From: Bispira polyomma
Taxonomy: Eukaryota
DNA: 64,000 nucleotides
Direction: 5' to 3'
Assembly (NCBI GenBank): GCA_965649765.1
Contig: OZ287757.1
Location: forward strand, 31,682,001 to 31,746,000
Positions within the stretch are counted from its first letter, which is position 1; each line of letters starts with the position of its first letter. The notes beneath the pieces are model-generated. The model ran no database searches. It was not told the DNA's origin and saw only the letters and a program-made list of their open reading frames with translations. Below are positions 35,821-50,693 of the stretch, piece by piece. A program made the position numbers and the translations under genes.

Positions 35821-37623
35821 TGGACAACTTGTTAACAGGTATTGGAATGCAGGATACTTGCTATTGTATTCAGATTGTGTAATGAAGGGTCGTGTGGGGA
35901 TCTAGTCATGCTATGCGAGTCGATGCTGTAGGCCTTGGGTTCTAACCTATCCTTGAACAACTTGTGATATCATGGTTATCAATATGGGATGGAACGATAT
36001 TTGTGTTCAAATGATGACTGGGAATCGTTAACATTATCAGACAATAAAGGTAGATATTAAGGTACTGGGATAACTTTAACATGAGGTTAATTGAAACGTT
36101 GCACACCGGTTCTTATTAAAATAATATGTTGCTGTCTTTATTATCTACTGAATGCTCAGAATATATATTCAAGTGGATAATAAGCAAAATAACAGCAATT
36201 TATACTTCCATATACAGAATTTATTCCTTTTTGGAATTGTAGCCTTCACTTTAAAAAAACACAAAAGTTGTCTCTTTTATAAATCGTGTGAAATTTCTGT
36301 TCGATAACATTCATAGGCCTGCTAAGAAACATTTTGCAACCTGACCTTAAAATATGGTTACATCTAATTTCAAAAGAAATTGTCTAACTTTAAGATTATG
36401 TGGCTTTATGGTGGCCTTAATACATTAAGTGTATTACCCCAATATAACTTTATGTCTGGACTTGTAGTAATTTTACTAGTAATATTTAAGGTAGAAATTG
36501 AAATAATGGATAAGGTTACAACTAAAATTCATAAAAGTAGTAAACAATTATAGCTTTTGTAAATATTCAAAGATATTGAAGTGCAATGACTACTTAATAA
36601 TTTTAAATGCATTCTCAAAGCTAATTCACTAAGATAAATGTTCAGAAGCTATTTGTTTAAGGGTCTTTCTGTAATGTTCAGCCATCTTGGATTTAACAGG
36701 AAATCACCTAGTTCTATATTTTACAAGATATCTAAAAAAAAAAAAAGTTCAGATCTGTTTTCATTTGTAAAGAAATGTCAGGCTGTGATTTATGTTTAAT
36801 TTAATATATGATTTATAAGTAGGGCCAGCACTTCCTCCCTACTTCAATATAGTGCAAAAGGCTATAATATAACATAACAAAATTAATAGTGGCCTAACTC
36901 CACTTATGTACTGAATGGGAATATCTGAACTAAATATAACATACTCTAGTTTTCACCGATTTTAATCCTGTCTGGTTGTATGTGACCTAATGAGCACAAG
37001 AAAGTTGTAGTTATAGTCTCAGCACTTCAGTGCCCTCAGTGAATGGAATTATAACTAACACAAACATGTCAACTTTGTCAACCAGATTGTTGATCCATTA
37101 TGTTGTCTAGGGTTGCACAAAAGTTGTACCGAAAATCAATGAAAATGTATTTTTAATTTAAAAATTTAACTTTGAAGTCTATTACGGTCTGCTATTACCT
37201 TCTGCTGTGACTGCTATTAATATATTTGTTATGCTCATATATTCTAAATAAGCTCAATGCATTATCATTCTACAAACATTTATTTATTCCTGATGCATCT
37301 GTATGTGCAAAGCAATTATATTTTATTGTAGAATGTATATAGTCCGATCGACTATCAATGATAGTATATTATGAATATATATATTTATTTTAAAAATAAT
37401 TGTCTATTGCATTTGATAGCAAAAACGGACCTTACCTGTGATTTAAAATTAATGTACACCGATAATATAACAGTTATTTCTGTAATATTTACACTGAACA
37501 TTTTCTCTATTCCTAAATACAAATTTAGTTTAAAAAACAATGAATATTTTGATCATTATTAATTAAATACACAATTTGATAGTTTGATATAAATTATAAC
37601 AGCATATACAATTAGACTGTGAG

Positions 37624-37745
37624 ATGGGAGCTTTACATGTAGCTGACTATATCATCTTTGTACTTTCTATCGTGGCATCCTTTGCCGTCGGGATTTACTA
37701 TGCCTGTAGAAAGGACAAAAACCAATCCACTGAGGATTACCTTGT
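37624..37745 (+). pseudogene. Truncated duplicate of SLC5 coding exon 1
   Basis: MGALHVADYIIFVLSIVASFAVGIYYACRKDKNQSTEDYLV matches 38064-38185. Upstream sequence is also duplicated (37110... vs 37778...). Confidence 0.8.
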
Positions 37746-38063
37746 AACATCAATGTGTTTTCCACATAATTGGATTAGGTTTCAACAATGCAGTACAGAA
37801 AATCCCTGTATTTTTTTTTAATTTAAATCTTTTACTTTGAAGTCTATTACAGTCAATTATTAACGTTTGATGCGACGGCTGTTTATACTTTTAATATGCC
37901 CATATATTATACATGATCTCAGACAATTATACTTCTGCATACATTTATTAATTTCTGATACAAAAACTGGCTTTGTGTATGGTTTAAAATCTGTGTTCAC
38001 TGACAATATAACCGTTATTTCTGTAAAATATACCCTTGAGCAATTTCTGTATTGCTGAATAAG

Positions 38064-41000
38064 ATGGCAGTTTTACACATTGCTGACTATGTTATCTTTG
38101 GGCTTTCTATTGTGGCATCCTTTGCCATCGGGATTTACTATGCCTGTAGAAAGGATAAAAACAAATCAACTGAGGATTACTTGGTGGCCAGCAGGAAGAT
38201 GAATCTGATTCCTGTTGCTATATCACTCTTGGTGTCTACTTTATCTTCCATAGTCTTGCTGGGAAACGCCACTGAAATTTACTACTTCAGCTTCGGTTGG
38301 ATATTCACAATTGTGGCTTTTGTCATTGGACTCGCTGTGACTAGTTTTACGTTTGTTCCATTGTTTCATGGATTGAAGCTAACTAGTGTACATGGGGTAA
38401 GAGACTACTATATCTAACTCTACCTTTTTAACTGATTCTAAATTTAAGTGATATTTTGATAAACCTTCGCAAGTTATGTCAGAGGTTGTCATCGAGTGTT
38501 GGCTATTTTCTGCTATATTAAAGTTTTATGTAAATAGAATCTGTCAGATTACAAACCTCCTAATAAATTCATTGTCAAATACCCAGATTTCCGAAGACAA
38601 ATATAAACCTTAGACCGTTTTTCAATCTGACCAAAAAACGGTCATCTGTCAACATGAACTATGTAACTATGGCATGAAAAATGTTATTTTTGTACATATT
38701 GTATGAATAATTGTTTCTGACAGTATCTCCTCCTGAGGTACCAAACACATGGTATTGTGTACCTGTGTTGCTTCCTACAAAACATCTCCTTCTGTTTGGT
38801 CAATGGTGTTGCCATGTACACTGCTGCCATGGTAATCAATTCAAGTAAGATTTGTGTGTTATTATTGTATGATTAATCGTTTTCAATATTATAACTATAA
38901 ATATTGCAAAAAAAAGTAGACTTTCTAAGTGAGCTGGTATTGTAAAACTAATCATGGTTCTTCTTAAATGAAATTCCAAATGAATGACCTATTTTTGTGA
39001 CATCATATTTCGCGATATCTTCTTCTTCTCAAAACTAATATCACTTATAGTGTTATATTAGTTAACATATTTTTGTTACTTGCAGTTGCTGGATTTGCTA
39101 TCAGACTCTGCATGGTGGTTACTGGAGTAGTTGCAACCATATACACAACCATAGTCAGTTATGCTCACATATTATTGAGTGGTTACAATTTTGCATCTAC
39201 CATTGTTCTCATTGTAAAGTGTTAAAATTTATATGTAACTTAATAGCATTATTCCAGTCCTGATCAAAGGGTTTCACATTGGCTTAGTTGTTACAAATGT
39301 TTGGTTTACAATTAACCTTTCTTATTCAATATCAGAATGTTAGGTTCCTGAAGTAGGTCAATGGTTCACAAAACAAAAATATTCCTTTCTAGTACTAGTT
39401 TACTAACTGATCCATATGATAATTACAACAAAAACTGCAACTAAACTGAAATTAACTTAACCTTGCTTCTTGAGTGGTTAACTGATTATGTTGCACTTTA
39501 GAAGATACCTTGCTTTAATAAGGCATGTTGAAAAAAGGTATAATACAATATATAGCTAAATGTTTAGGGAGGCTACCATGCGGTTGTATGGTGTGATGTG
39601 TTCCAAGCTGCAATAATCTTCATAGGAATTATTGTGATTGATGTTCTAGTGAGTACTATATCATGCTTTTATTACTTTGACACAAAAGGCTACCTCTTGA
39701 GTATAGAATGATTTTAAAAGAAAATATTACCACATCTGTCCTAATTACTCCCTTTTAGTAAAGTATTTAATGCTAATGTTAGACCCTATAAACGGGTCAG
39801 ATTCTTTGTCTTTCATATGACTTTACCCATGCTCTCAGATATTCTACTTACAGATATTACAACACAATGTTCTCTCAAGCTTAAGAGCAAAATAAAACCT
39901 TTTAGCCTGCTCTACTATACATCAAATGTAGTATACTATTAATGGATTCTGACACAGGTAAGCAATTCATGAAATAGCATGAACAGAGGCTTAGGTACTT
40001 TTATAGTTATTTTATTCTTACAGGGCATTATGGAAGTGGGAAGCATATCAGAGATATTTCAAATCTACCAAGATCATGAAAGAATCAGTGTGAAGTAAGT
40101 AGTTCTTAGACATCTGACTTTTTTTCAATGAAACATAGACATAAAATTAAATTAAACACAAAGTATATCAATTAAATTTTGAGCTATATGTGGAGGTATA
40201 AACAGAAAATAATACTCTTTATACATTTTAAAAATGTAACACTCTATGTCCAGTTTCAGTTTCTCGCCTTTTGAAAGAAACACATTCTGGGCCTTTACTC
40301 TTGGATTTGCAATGACAATTCTAACAGTCTATGGCATTATGCAAACAGTTGCCCAGAGATACATATCCTTGAAAACACTAAAAGAAGCCAAATGGTAAAT
40401 CGAACCTATTGCCAATGTTACTAATATTGTAATATATTTTGTTATATTTTCATTTGTTGATATGACAACATTTTCAAAACTTTCGTATTGTTTTGTTCTT
40501 GTATATAATACTATGACTACATTTATCTATTTGTTTTCCTCTGAACATAAACATGTGAAATCAATTTAATTTACTTATCAGTAAAATATCATCGGACATC
40601 AGGTATCTCATAACACGCCAGTAAGGAAAATCTTACTATCCCTAAAATTCTTTAAACACATAATACATAAATGGATGTTTTATAGCCAAGGGTTGCAACA
40701 ATAACACATGTTATATTGATCAAAAAAAATATATTTTACAGCTCAATATACTACAGCATGATTCAAAGTACCTTGATTTCATGTCTGAGTTGCTTCTCGG
40801 GAATTGTTGCATTTTCTTATTATGCAAAACTTGGATGTGATCCGTTGGCTGCCAAGAAAATAATAAACCCTAACCAGGTATAAAATATATGTGCTATGAA
40901 TAATTTTAATCAATATTTATAATATTTGGTCAAGCAGAATTATTAGCTCAAAAACAATTTAACTAATTTACAATTTTTAAGAAGTTTATTGGCATGAACT

Positions 41001-44000
41001 TTTAATATTAGCCATTTTTACTGATGGGTTAATACAAATTTAAATTCAGATTTGTGATTTATTTCCATTACTTAATTTGCTTATTAGCGCAAATAGCTAA
41101 AATTATGTTAAAGTAAAATTTCTACTGATACATTAGTTTAAAGCAAGACCATAAACTCCAATATATGCCCATTTATAGTTTTATGCATACCCATCATTTA
41201 CGTTTCTCAATTTTAAATATATACTAATTTCTCACGTAACCCATTTGTGTAAAACAACTTAGATATTACATACATGTATAAAATTGTAGATGATAAGTCT
41301 CGAAAATATATTTTGAAAAAATGTACTGAATTGGATACAAATAGAGTCAACATTCTCAATATACTGAAAAGCAAAACAGCATGTTATTTTTAAATAACAG
41401 TAACTTATTGTTTGTATCAATATAATAAAAGGCATATTCTTAGACCAAGCAATGTTATGGCAGTAGATATGTGTCTTAAGCCAAAGGCTCAAATAACATA
41501 ACTTTGGCCAGGTCATGCTGCCATCGCTTACAATTTTTTTAGTTAGACTGGGTTCATTGCACATAAGCATTTGTTGCTGAGTGACTAACATATTGTTTCG
41601 GAATGCAATCAAATTCCCAGTGACAGTCTAAAGAACCTTAATGAGATTGATAAATGGTCATCCTCAAACCTTTGTCCTCAGTTAGAGAATAATAGATACT
41701 GATGCTGGTTGCTTGTACCTTGAATAAATGTAGTACTTTTATCAATTATGTACTAGTTATCTTAAATACCCAGTAGAGATCATAATAGAGTTGTTGGACA
41801 TTGTTTCTTTAGATTATACCATACTTTATCCAAGATGTACTCCACTACCCCTGTGTTAGAGGGTTATTTATGGCCTGTATTTTTTGTGCTACTTTGGCGT
41901 AAGTATATTGTACATTACACCAATATATATGCGAAACAAACATAAGAATGATGTAAGTACATTATATGTAATATAATATCACTTTGTAACCAATCTGTGT
42001 AACTTTAAGTGAAGTTACTATTCACAAATAGTGTTTGGCAAAATAAACGTAGAAGATAAGGTGGGAAAATATATCAATTGAATAAAATGACTGCTTCTCA
42101 TAGTTTTGTTTTCAACAAATACTGCACATTGAGTTGTCAGGGTATTTTACAGGAACCTGTCAAGCACACTTAATAGTATTTCTGCCTTGGTTTGGGATGA
42201 TATTCTAAAACATAAGCTGGCATTTCATAACCTGCCAGAGACAAAGAAATCATTGATTACCAAGATCATAGGTATGTTTCTTTTCATTACCCTTAACATC
42301 ATTTTCATGCCCTGTTAACATCCCAAACATAATTTTGATGATTAAAACTCAATAAGCCTTATATTAATAGTAGGTAATTGTGTTATTTTCAGTTTAGTCA
42401 CTTCAGTTTGTTAATATCATTTTATTCATTGCTTATCATATATTTTTAATCATTTATATAACTATGACTGATAAAGTATTTCTTGTAGCAACTTTTAATT
42501 CGAGAACCATGATGTCATTCCCAGAAATTGAACTGCGGACATTCTTATTATTAGATAACTTGCCTATTATACCACTGGAGATTAGAATATTTTTTTAGAT
42601 TTTTTTTGGCTAACATTTAAAAAATATGTTCGACTGGTGCACATTCAACACTTCCTGTAGTGATGGTGTGAATTTAACTATTTATTTTTTAGCATTTTGT
42701 GCTGGAATAGTTTCAACCTTGTGTGCTTTTGTGGTGTCAGAAATCGGTGGAACAGTGATAGAGGTACATCCTGCATCTGAGAGAAGCTTATTATAATTGC
42801 TTTACAAATATGTAGTGATAATAATTATAATTTTACTTAATCTTTTTACCTCTTAATCTATTTCTGGCCCGTCTGTTTGTTTAGTTATATCTTTGTCACC
42901 AGGATTACACAAAATCTACTGATTTCTGAGCATGGTCTAACCAACAATCCATTAAATTTAAGTAAATGCATTGCCAGATGTATATGATCTACTGAGGGCT
43001 CTAGCTCTAGTTTATCATAAGATTTATCATATTTTGTTGTGACAGTGTGTATATGTTTCCAACACTGTATCCATCTAGTTGCTCTCTAAACCAGAATATT
43101 ATAATTTTTGGGTTTCACATATCTTAACGGTTGATCAAACAGAAAGAAGCGGTCATAAATAGGAGATTTATCTGTAAGCAAATATAGGTAACAATATTGA
43201 TGATTATAGGCTTTAATTTTAACCATTGTCCACTGATGTTTGTCAATTGGTAGTCAACACTACATCTTACTCGCCGATACCCTGTTGGCCCACAGCTGAC
43301 ACCTCCATAATGAAATTATAATTTGTTCCACACATTTGCAACATGTTAGTGCTAGAGAATTCTATGGTAAAAATTATGATAGACCATTGGTAAATGCGGG
43401 TGTGTGCTTACCTTCTACAGTTATCTGCAACCTTTTCCGTAAAAAAATTGGTTTCATATCAACAAATATTGTTGCCCTAGTAAGAAAGAGTTAATATTTA
43501 CTGTATGTATAAATCTTAATATGGCTAATTAATTGTAGCTAATAAATATTCAGATCACATTGATTATAGGGAGTGTGTCCTTAACACCAGTGTCTATTAT
43601 GATTGTCCTCGGTGCTGTTAGTTCAAAGACATCTTGGAAGGTAAGGTTGCTTTATTGATACCTACAATTCAGAATTTATTTTGTTTAATACACCTAATTG
43701 TATTGCAAGTCAACAGGGTTTTCAAAATATTGACTCCATATTTAGATTATGTCATAACAGCCATTGACTATGGGAATTGAAAATAATGGGTCCTGTTTTA
43801 TATTGTATTTTATATATATTGAGGAACGAAGGTGGCAAACACATAATGAATGAAGGTTGTAGGCCTGGGTTCAATAGTTTATCCACTTGAGTTATACTGG
43901 GTGTTTAAAGCTGATTTTTAAACATTTCGTTTCCCAGCTCTGTGCATCATAGCATTTTAGAATACCTAATTCAACATTCAGCAAAATATTGATGAACACT

Positions 44001-45945
44001 GATGAACACAGCAAAATGCATTAATATAAATTTTCAATGTATTTCGTTCAAAGACAGCACTAATTGGAGCAGTGCTGGGAACTAGCTTAGTAATATGGAT
44101 GTTTGCTGGTCATACATTTGCTCATATACCACCTCAAATAAAGCCATTGGCAACAACCAACTGCACATATGCCATACACCAGGGCAATGCGACAACTTTG
44201 GTGGGTGGATCAAATTTTACAGAATATTTACTTGGGACCTCAGGAACCAGCTCATCTGTAAATATGTCTACCACTGGAGAAAGTAGTCTGTTGAAACGAG
44301 ACTCTACAAATGGGTATGGAGAACAGGAATTAATATCTAAATTAGCATATTTTTCTGTTGTATTAACTTTTAAAGACATTGAAAATATAAGTTAACTGAC
44401 AACAAAGCACAGTCGACGTAAGTTTGTGATGGGAAAGGAAATAGGCAATGAGTAATGAGTGAAACATAATTCAAAGTTTTGGCCATTTTATTCTCGACTA
44501 ACGTTAATATGTTTTAATAGAATTAGTTGGGTTCTACATACAATTACTACAAGAGAATAATGGGGACTAGCCCCATAACAACACAATGGCTTGTATACAG
44601 AATACATGAAGTATGAAAGACTAAAATATTGTTAAAATATTTTAAAATAGGGTGGGTTTAAGGGTGGGTTTAACCATACCTCAGACACATGCTCAGAGTG
44701 ACTGTATGTTGGGGTCTACACAGACCCTGTATCAAACACATATAAATTCTACCAGACAGCAACTCTGAGCTAACCACATTTGTTCAATCAACTCCGATCA
44801 GAGCAACTGGTACATTTTAAACATTTAGTACCCTTTTTTTTTTAAAAAAGCAATTTTAAAATGGAAAAATGTGAGATGGATACAATTTGTAAAATTCATA
44901 CAAGTTGATACTTGTCTAATTTTAGGCCTTTGATTATACAGCTAATCAAAATCATATTATAAACAAAATAATTTTGCTTGCTTCAAATATAAATATTATA
45001 CTATTAAACCTTTCCCTATCATGTTGGTCCATTATGTCCCACTCTGTACCATTTTGTGGACTATATTTGACAGTTTGAATTTGAATTATCTGTATATATG
45101 GTCACCAAGGTTGGTTGAATATATTTGAGGCGTATATGTTATTTTGTACATTTAATATTGCTGTTTTAATATAATTCAAAACCAGAAACTTTTTAATGTA
45201 GAAGTATAACAAATATTTTGAGGCTACATAGCATTATTAAGTAACTTTCTATCCATCTAAATGTTTCTATTGCTTGTTACTGTAACATAGAAAATATAGT
45301 ATGTTGATATTGTACAATATCATAGGAAATATGTTAATACTGATATAATTCTGATTGCTTTCAGAGAAAACATACTTGGCCTCTACAAAGTGTCTTTTAT
45401 GTGGTACACCCCTTCAGGATTGGTTGTTGGATTGTTATTTGGGATATTATTCTCCTTTGTGCCAGGTAAACTGTTCAAGAAATATGTTTGGCAGGTGAAT
45501 TACGGACTTACTAATATTACTGAGTAAAGGACTTAGGACTATCTAGAACCTCATATTTTTAATTGTCAATGCATCCTATCGTGAGCAATTATTTGGACAG
45601 CTCCAAAACTTTATTAATGCATTAATCTTTGTACAGTTTCTGCAAGCCTGATACAAATGGCATTATTTGTCATGAGTCATGCTGTAAGGAAAAATTATAC
45701 ACTAAAGAAAGCTTTACTTCTTTTAAATTTTATTGAATGAACTCCAATAAAGAAATCCTTTTTTTTTTTTTATTTTAGGTCTTGGCAATAAGGAAGGCAT
45801 ACGTGCTGAACTGTTGTTTCCATTTGTTGCCTACATTTTACGTAAGAAAGAATATTTCAGCCATCAAGCTAGTACAACTGGAATATATACAGCTAATACA
45901 GAGGACAGAGAGATGAGCTTGTGCAAGAATAGTGACAAGCTTTAA
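38064..45945 (+). CDS. SLC5 sodium/solute symporter family protein (SMCT/SLC5A8/12, NIS-like), 14 exons, 613 aa
   Basis: GT-AG exons in consistent phase: 38064-38396, 38724-38844, 39086-39153, 39568-39648, 40024-40094, 40254-40394, 40742-40877, 41813-41898, 42153-42271, 42693-42763, 43554-43640, 44054-44313, 45365-45465, 45779-45945 (1842 nt). Motifs EDYLVASRKM, GG..AVVW.DVFQ, RNTFW, QRY, GCDPL, NQIIPYF and YKVSFMWY. Confidence 0.9.
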
Positions 45946-47399
45946 CATTATTGGTTTCTGTCTTCTTGATCAAGTTCCAACTACAATCTTGGAAAATGGT
46001 TCCGAAAGAAAAAAATAGTTATTAGTTTATAAAGCAATTGTCTTACTTTATTCTACATTTTATGTAATAAATGAGTTCTAAGTAAAAAAGGCTTTTTAAA
46101 TATTTTAGCATCGACAATGTAAGTTCTAGAAAGTATTAATATCAACTCAAGTATACATTATTACAGGGCATTCGGGTCTTACATTTCTTAATAAACTAAA
46201 TTGAATCACTTTTCATACTTTTAAGGACACTTGTAAATTGTAATTTGGTTTTAACCATTTATGCTGAAGTATATTTTTGGATGCCGGGAATGATTTAAAA
46301 GCCTATTCAGTCAGACTGAAGTGTGCAAAACCTTCTATGTTTGCAAATAAAGTAGAGATGCGATGAGTTGAATAAAAATATGAGTTGCAGTTTCTAGAAT
46401 TTAGCCACAGACAAGTGCTCATGTAATAAATGTGTGTCTTAGAATGTCCAAGGTTATTGTTTCATTACACCAAATGCACTCATGAAAACAGCCTGGCAAA
46501 AATGAGAACATGAAAATGTTTCCTACATTTTCAAACATAATTGATTAGCATAGGCATGTCAGAGCCAACGGCTAACAATGAAAGTTTGGATCAACAGTGG
46601 GCAGAATAATAGCACTTTAATATACTCAGGCAGCTTTCTTGATCCTAAATTAATATAGTGATCCCCCATTGGAGGCCTCCAGTGTCCTCCATTGATGACA
46701 TGGGATAAACCTGACTCTATTTAACGCTGTGTTAAAGTTGATCCTAGTAGATAAATAAAAGTGTTCATACGGGCAACAATAAGGATATTTCTTTACTAAG
46801 TTAAATATCTGTCATGTAAAGACTTGTTTGCCATTTGATTTCCAGCAATGAAGCCAGATTTGTCAGTGATGGAATTGGATACATAATATAAAACAACAAG
46901 TTAAAAACTATAATGACGAACCAGTTGGATCTGGCATGCCTTGTATAGCAAAATAGAATAGAAATTGTTATTATAAATGTTCTTCCAACACTAACTCTGA
47001 GAAGTTATACATATATTGGTAGGGGAAAAAATCAGTCACACAAGTCAGGATTGAGAAAAAAATATATATAGATACTAATACCTTCTGGAACCTTACTTGG
47101 ATTAGAACGTTTCTAGGAAAATAACTCCCACCAATCCGATTACACAAAGTTTCAATTAACAGAAAGATAAACAGAAAATCAGATATTGTCTTTGTATTCT
47201 GCTTAGGGTAGAAAAATTTTCTCATAAAAAAAGTTCCAGTTAATTTAAAACTATTTCTAGAGTCATGTTTCTTCAGTAGATCGTACTGATGTCTCTCCAT
47301 ACACAAAAAAAATTACACAGACTTGCTATTTACTATCGACTTTTGTTGAAAATCCATGTGACCACTTTCAAAGCCGTTGTTTCTCAACAGCCCTCCCAC

Positions 47400-47600
47400 T
47401 TCGCTGCTCGCTTTCTCTTCAGCAAACTTTAAGAGTGGAAAGAGACTCTCTGTTTCCTACGTCAAACCTACCCAGAGGGCTTGATTTTGAGCTTTCTCTG
47501 TTGCTGATCCTATTTTATGGAATAGTCTCCTAGTTGAGCTTAGATCGTTGGAAACACTTTCTAGGTTTTGACAATATGTCAACAGTTGGCTCTGACATGA
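47400..47600 (+). mobile_element. 3' fragment of an L2/CR1-type LINE ORF2
   Basis: Translates to AFSVA.PILWNSL..ELRS..TLS.F, typical of the L2/CR1 ORF2 C-terminus. Confidence 0.55.
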
Positions 47601-49689
47601 TAAACAATTATCTTTGTACATGTAGGAACCAGTTTCATGATCTCATTTTTGCCAGGCTGTTTCGATGAGAGTACTTATTGTAATAAAACACAGCCGAATG
47701 AAATGCGTTTGAGGTCAAGGTCATAAGATGATAGTTTGACCTTGTGTGTGAGGTTTTGAAAGGTAAGAGGTCAGATGCAGTTTGGGATATTTATTTATAA
47801 ATCTTTAGTTCATAAATGTTTAGCTTCTATGTACAAGTATACAGAAAATTTTAGATAAGAACTAAAATTTTAACATGCCAAAGCCAAACTAAAATTTGGA
47901 AAAGACGATAGAAGCAAAAGTGGTGGGGATGATAGAAGAAGGGTGAGAGGTATTTTTTTTTTTAAATAAGTCCACACTGCATCTGACTTCCAGCACCCAT
48001 GTTTTTGTATGTGCTGGAGTGTTATGTTTGAATTGAAAGCTAAGGAGGCGTCAGAGCGCCTGAAACAGTAAAAAACCAGTGAAGTGGCAAGTAAGGAAGT
48101 GTCTGAAATTATATATAACTGTCAAGGGTAAATAAGTCAATTGGGACGTCATACAAGATGAAGTTGCTCATAATAATATTTTTTACATAATCAGCATGAT
48201 GCACTGATTCATATCACCGAGATAACGCATCTGCAATTATATTGTCTTTACCTGGAATATGACTGATATTTAAGTCAATATTTTTGGTAGCACAGATTTG
48301 CCATATATTACAGAGGCATAGTCCGAGATAATCATCTCTAGTTTTAGAAGACTGCACAACAGCCACCACAGCCATGTTGTCAGATTGTATCTTAAGTTTT
48401 TTGTTTTCCCATTCATGGCCCCATAGCTTTAAGGCTATTAAAACACTGACCATTTCAAAATGCACAATAGAAAAATTGTCAGTCATGAAGGAAGGGAGAG
48501 CAACCTTGAATACTTTGTCATCTGAAATGCCTCCTATGCCTGATAAGCAGGCGTCAACCTGTAATAAAATGTCATTATCTTGGTTTAAGTAACTGTACTT
48601 GCAAGTACCATTTAACTGCTTTAGAAAACACAGGAACCACTGTAAGTCTTTATGAAATTCACCGTTTAGAACTTTACGACTTGTAGACTGACTTATTGGG
48701 GTTAATAGGAAGACCTAAGTCTGTTAGTATCTGTTGTAAAGTTTCGTAGGCTACGGTGGCCTTATCTTCGTGTTCTATGAGCAAAAAATCGTCTATATAA
48801 TTCATAACTGTGAAACCTTTTTGTTTCATGATGTAAGTAACACAATCTGAGGTCATCATAAAAGCAGCAGTGCCATGAGTGAGACCAAAAGTCAGACTTA
48901 AGTCAATAAAGAACTGCTCTTTCCATATATAACCCAGCTTCAAATAGTCATAAGGATCTATTCTTAGGTTCCTAAATGCGTGCGCAACGTCCACCTTTGC
49001 TAAGGTCGCCTTAGGTCCTATGTCCATAATTTTGTGAGTTATTTGGTCAATAGTGGGTAATTTCAAAGTGAAGTCGATTGTGTCGTACTTGGACTTAACG
49101 GTACAGTCATTTACAGAGTAACCTGCTGGGTGGGAAAGATTTAATATAAGACGGCGCTTTGTCAGTGTCTATAGGCACAGTCAAAAGTGGAGAGCAGTGT
49201 ATATCAGGATGAAGGTCAGAATTAACTGAGCCCACTAGAGTACCTCGTTCAAGTTCTGTGACAAAATATCTGTCCACAGCTTCTGGGAAAATTTTTGCTG
49301 AGTAATGGTTCTTAACATTTTTAACTGTCAGTCTATCTCTATCATACAATGAAATTGGAAAACCAAATTCAATATATTGTAATATGATGTTGTCAGGATA
49401 ATCTGTCAGGTATTTCTTCCAATTTTCCACTTTGAGGGTACTCTTAAGTGGTATCCTGGCTTGTTTATAGTTGGGAAATCCAGAGTGCTTAACAATGTCT
49501 GCAATCTCAATGAGTTTGTCATAAGAATTTATAAGAACTGGTTGTCTGTCTGGACCCACAAATTTAAAACTGTTCTGTCTGTGTGGTATGAAGCCACAAG
49601 TTCTGTCTCTAGAAATAAGAAAGGATTCATGTGTGACATTGTCCACATTAGTATCTGATGATTGAAGTGGTAAGATGTCATTAATCATG

Positions 49690-49945
49690 ACGTCTTCATT
49701 ATGTACAAATGTAGGTTTTTAAATAATGGAACCTTCATTGTGCACTAATATAGGTTTTTGTATCATAGAAGTTTCATTATGCACTAATGTAGGTTTCTGA
49801 ATCACAGAAGTATCATGGTGCACTAATATAGGTTTTTGAATCCTAGAAGTTTCACTATGCACTAATATAGGATTTTGAATCCTAGAAGTTTCATTATGCG
49901 CTAATATGGGTTTTTGACTCATAACCTTGTCATTATGCACTAGTG
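49690..49945 (-). repeat. 39-bp coding tandem repeat (~6 copies, KPILVHNETSxIQ) in the YR-F pol N-terminal extension
   Basis: 13-aa periodicity in ORF 49719-49940. Confidence 0.85.
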
Positions 49946-50693
49946 CATTACCTTAATTAAGTGGATGCTCAGGGGGTAAGTGAGCTTGATGGTTACAATC
50001 TGAATTGCTCTGGTGTTGAAAATTTGATTTGCAAATCTTGTCAATGATATCTGTATAATAGAAAGTTTGTCCAATTTTTGTGTGTGTATGTGCCACATTG
50101 TGTTTTGCACGGTGTTTTGACTGATTTGGTTGAGTGTGATTCAGTGTCGTAGCACAAGTGCTGTGCACATAGGATAATGGCCATATGTGATCCAGAGTAT
50201 AGGAGGTTTGTTGTAAGTACCACATATTTAAGTCATAAGTCCATTTGTATACACCTGAAATACCTGACTCATCATGACAAACGATATAGCAATAAGTTAG
50301 ACAATCAGACGTAAAATTACTGTTGCTAACATAAACGTCTACTGTATGAAAAACAGCTGATGGTTTTTGACCATTATTATCACACTGAACAGAGTTCATA
50401 ACGTTCAATTTAACAGGCAAGTCTTGCCAGCATAAGTCATTAAAGGAAACACTGCCAGGTAATGCTTGAGATGTCTTACTGGCATCAATATGACTCAATT
50501 GAGCAATTGACTCATTGAGTTGACAACTAAAATTATTTATGAAATCATTCTTAAAACTGTTATTATTTTTACAAATTTGCTTATTAGTATCACTAGTTAA
50601 ACCACAACTTCCTGGCAGCACACAACGGTTAATAAAGACATCAGAAGTGAACTTAAGGTGAGTAGCTGTGGTGTCTGTTGGCAGTCCGCGTCC

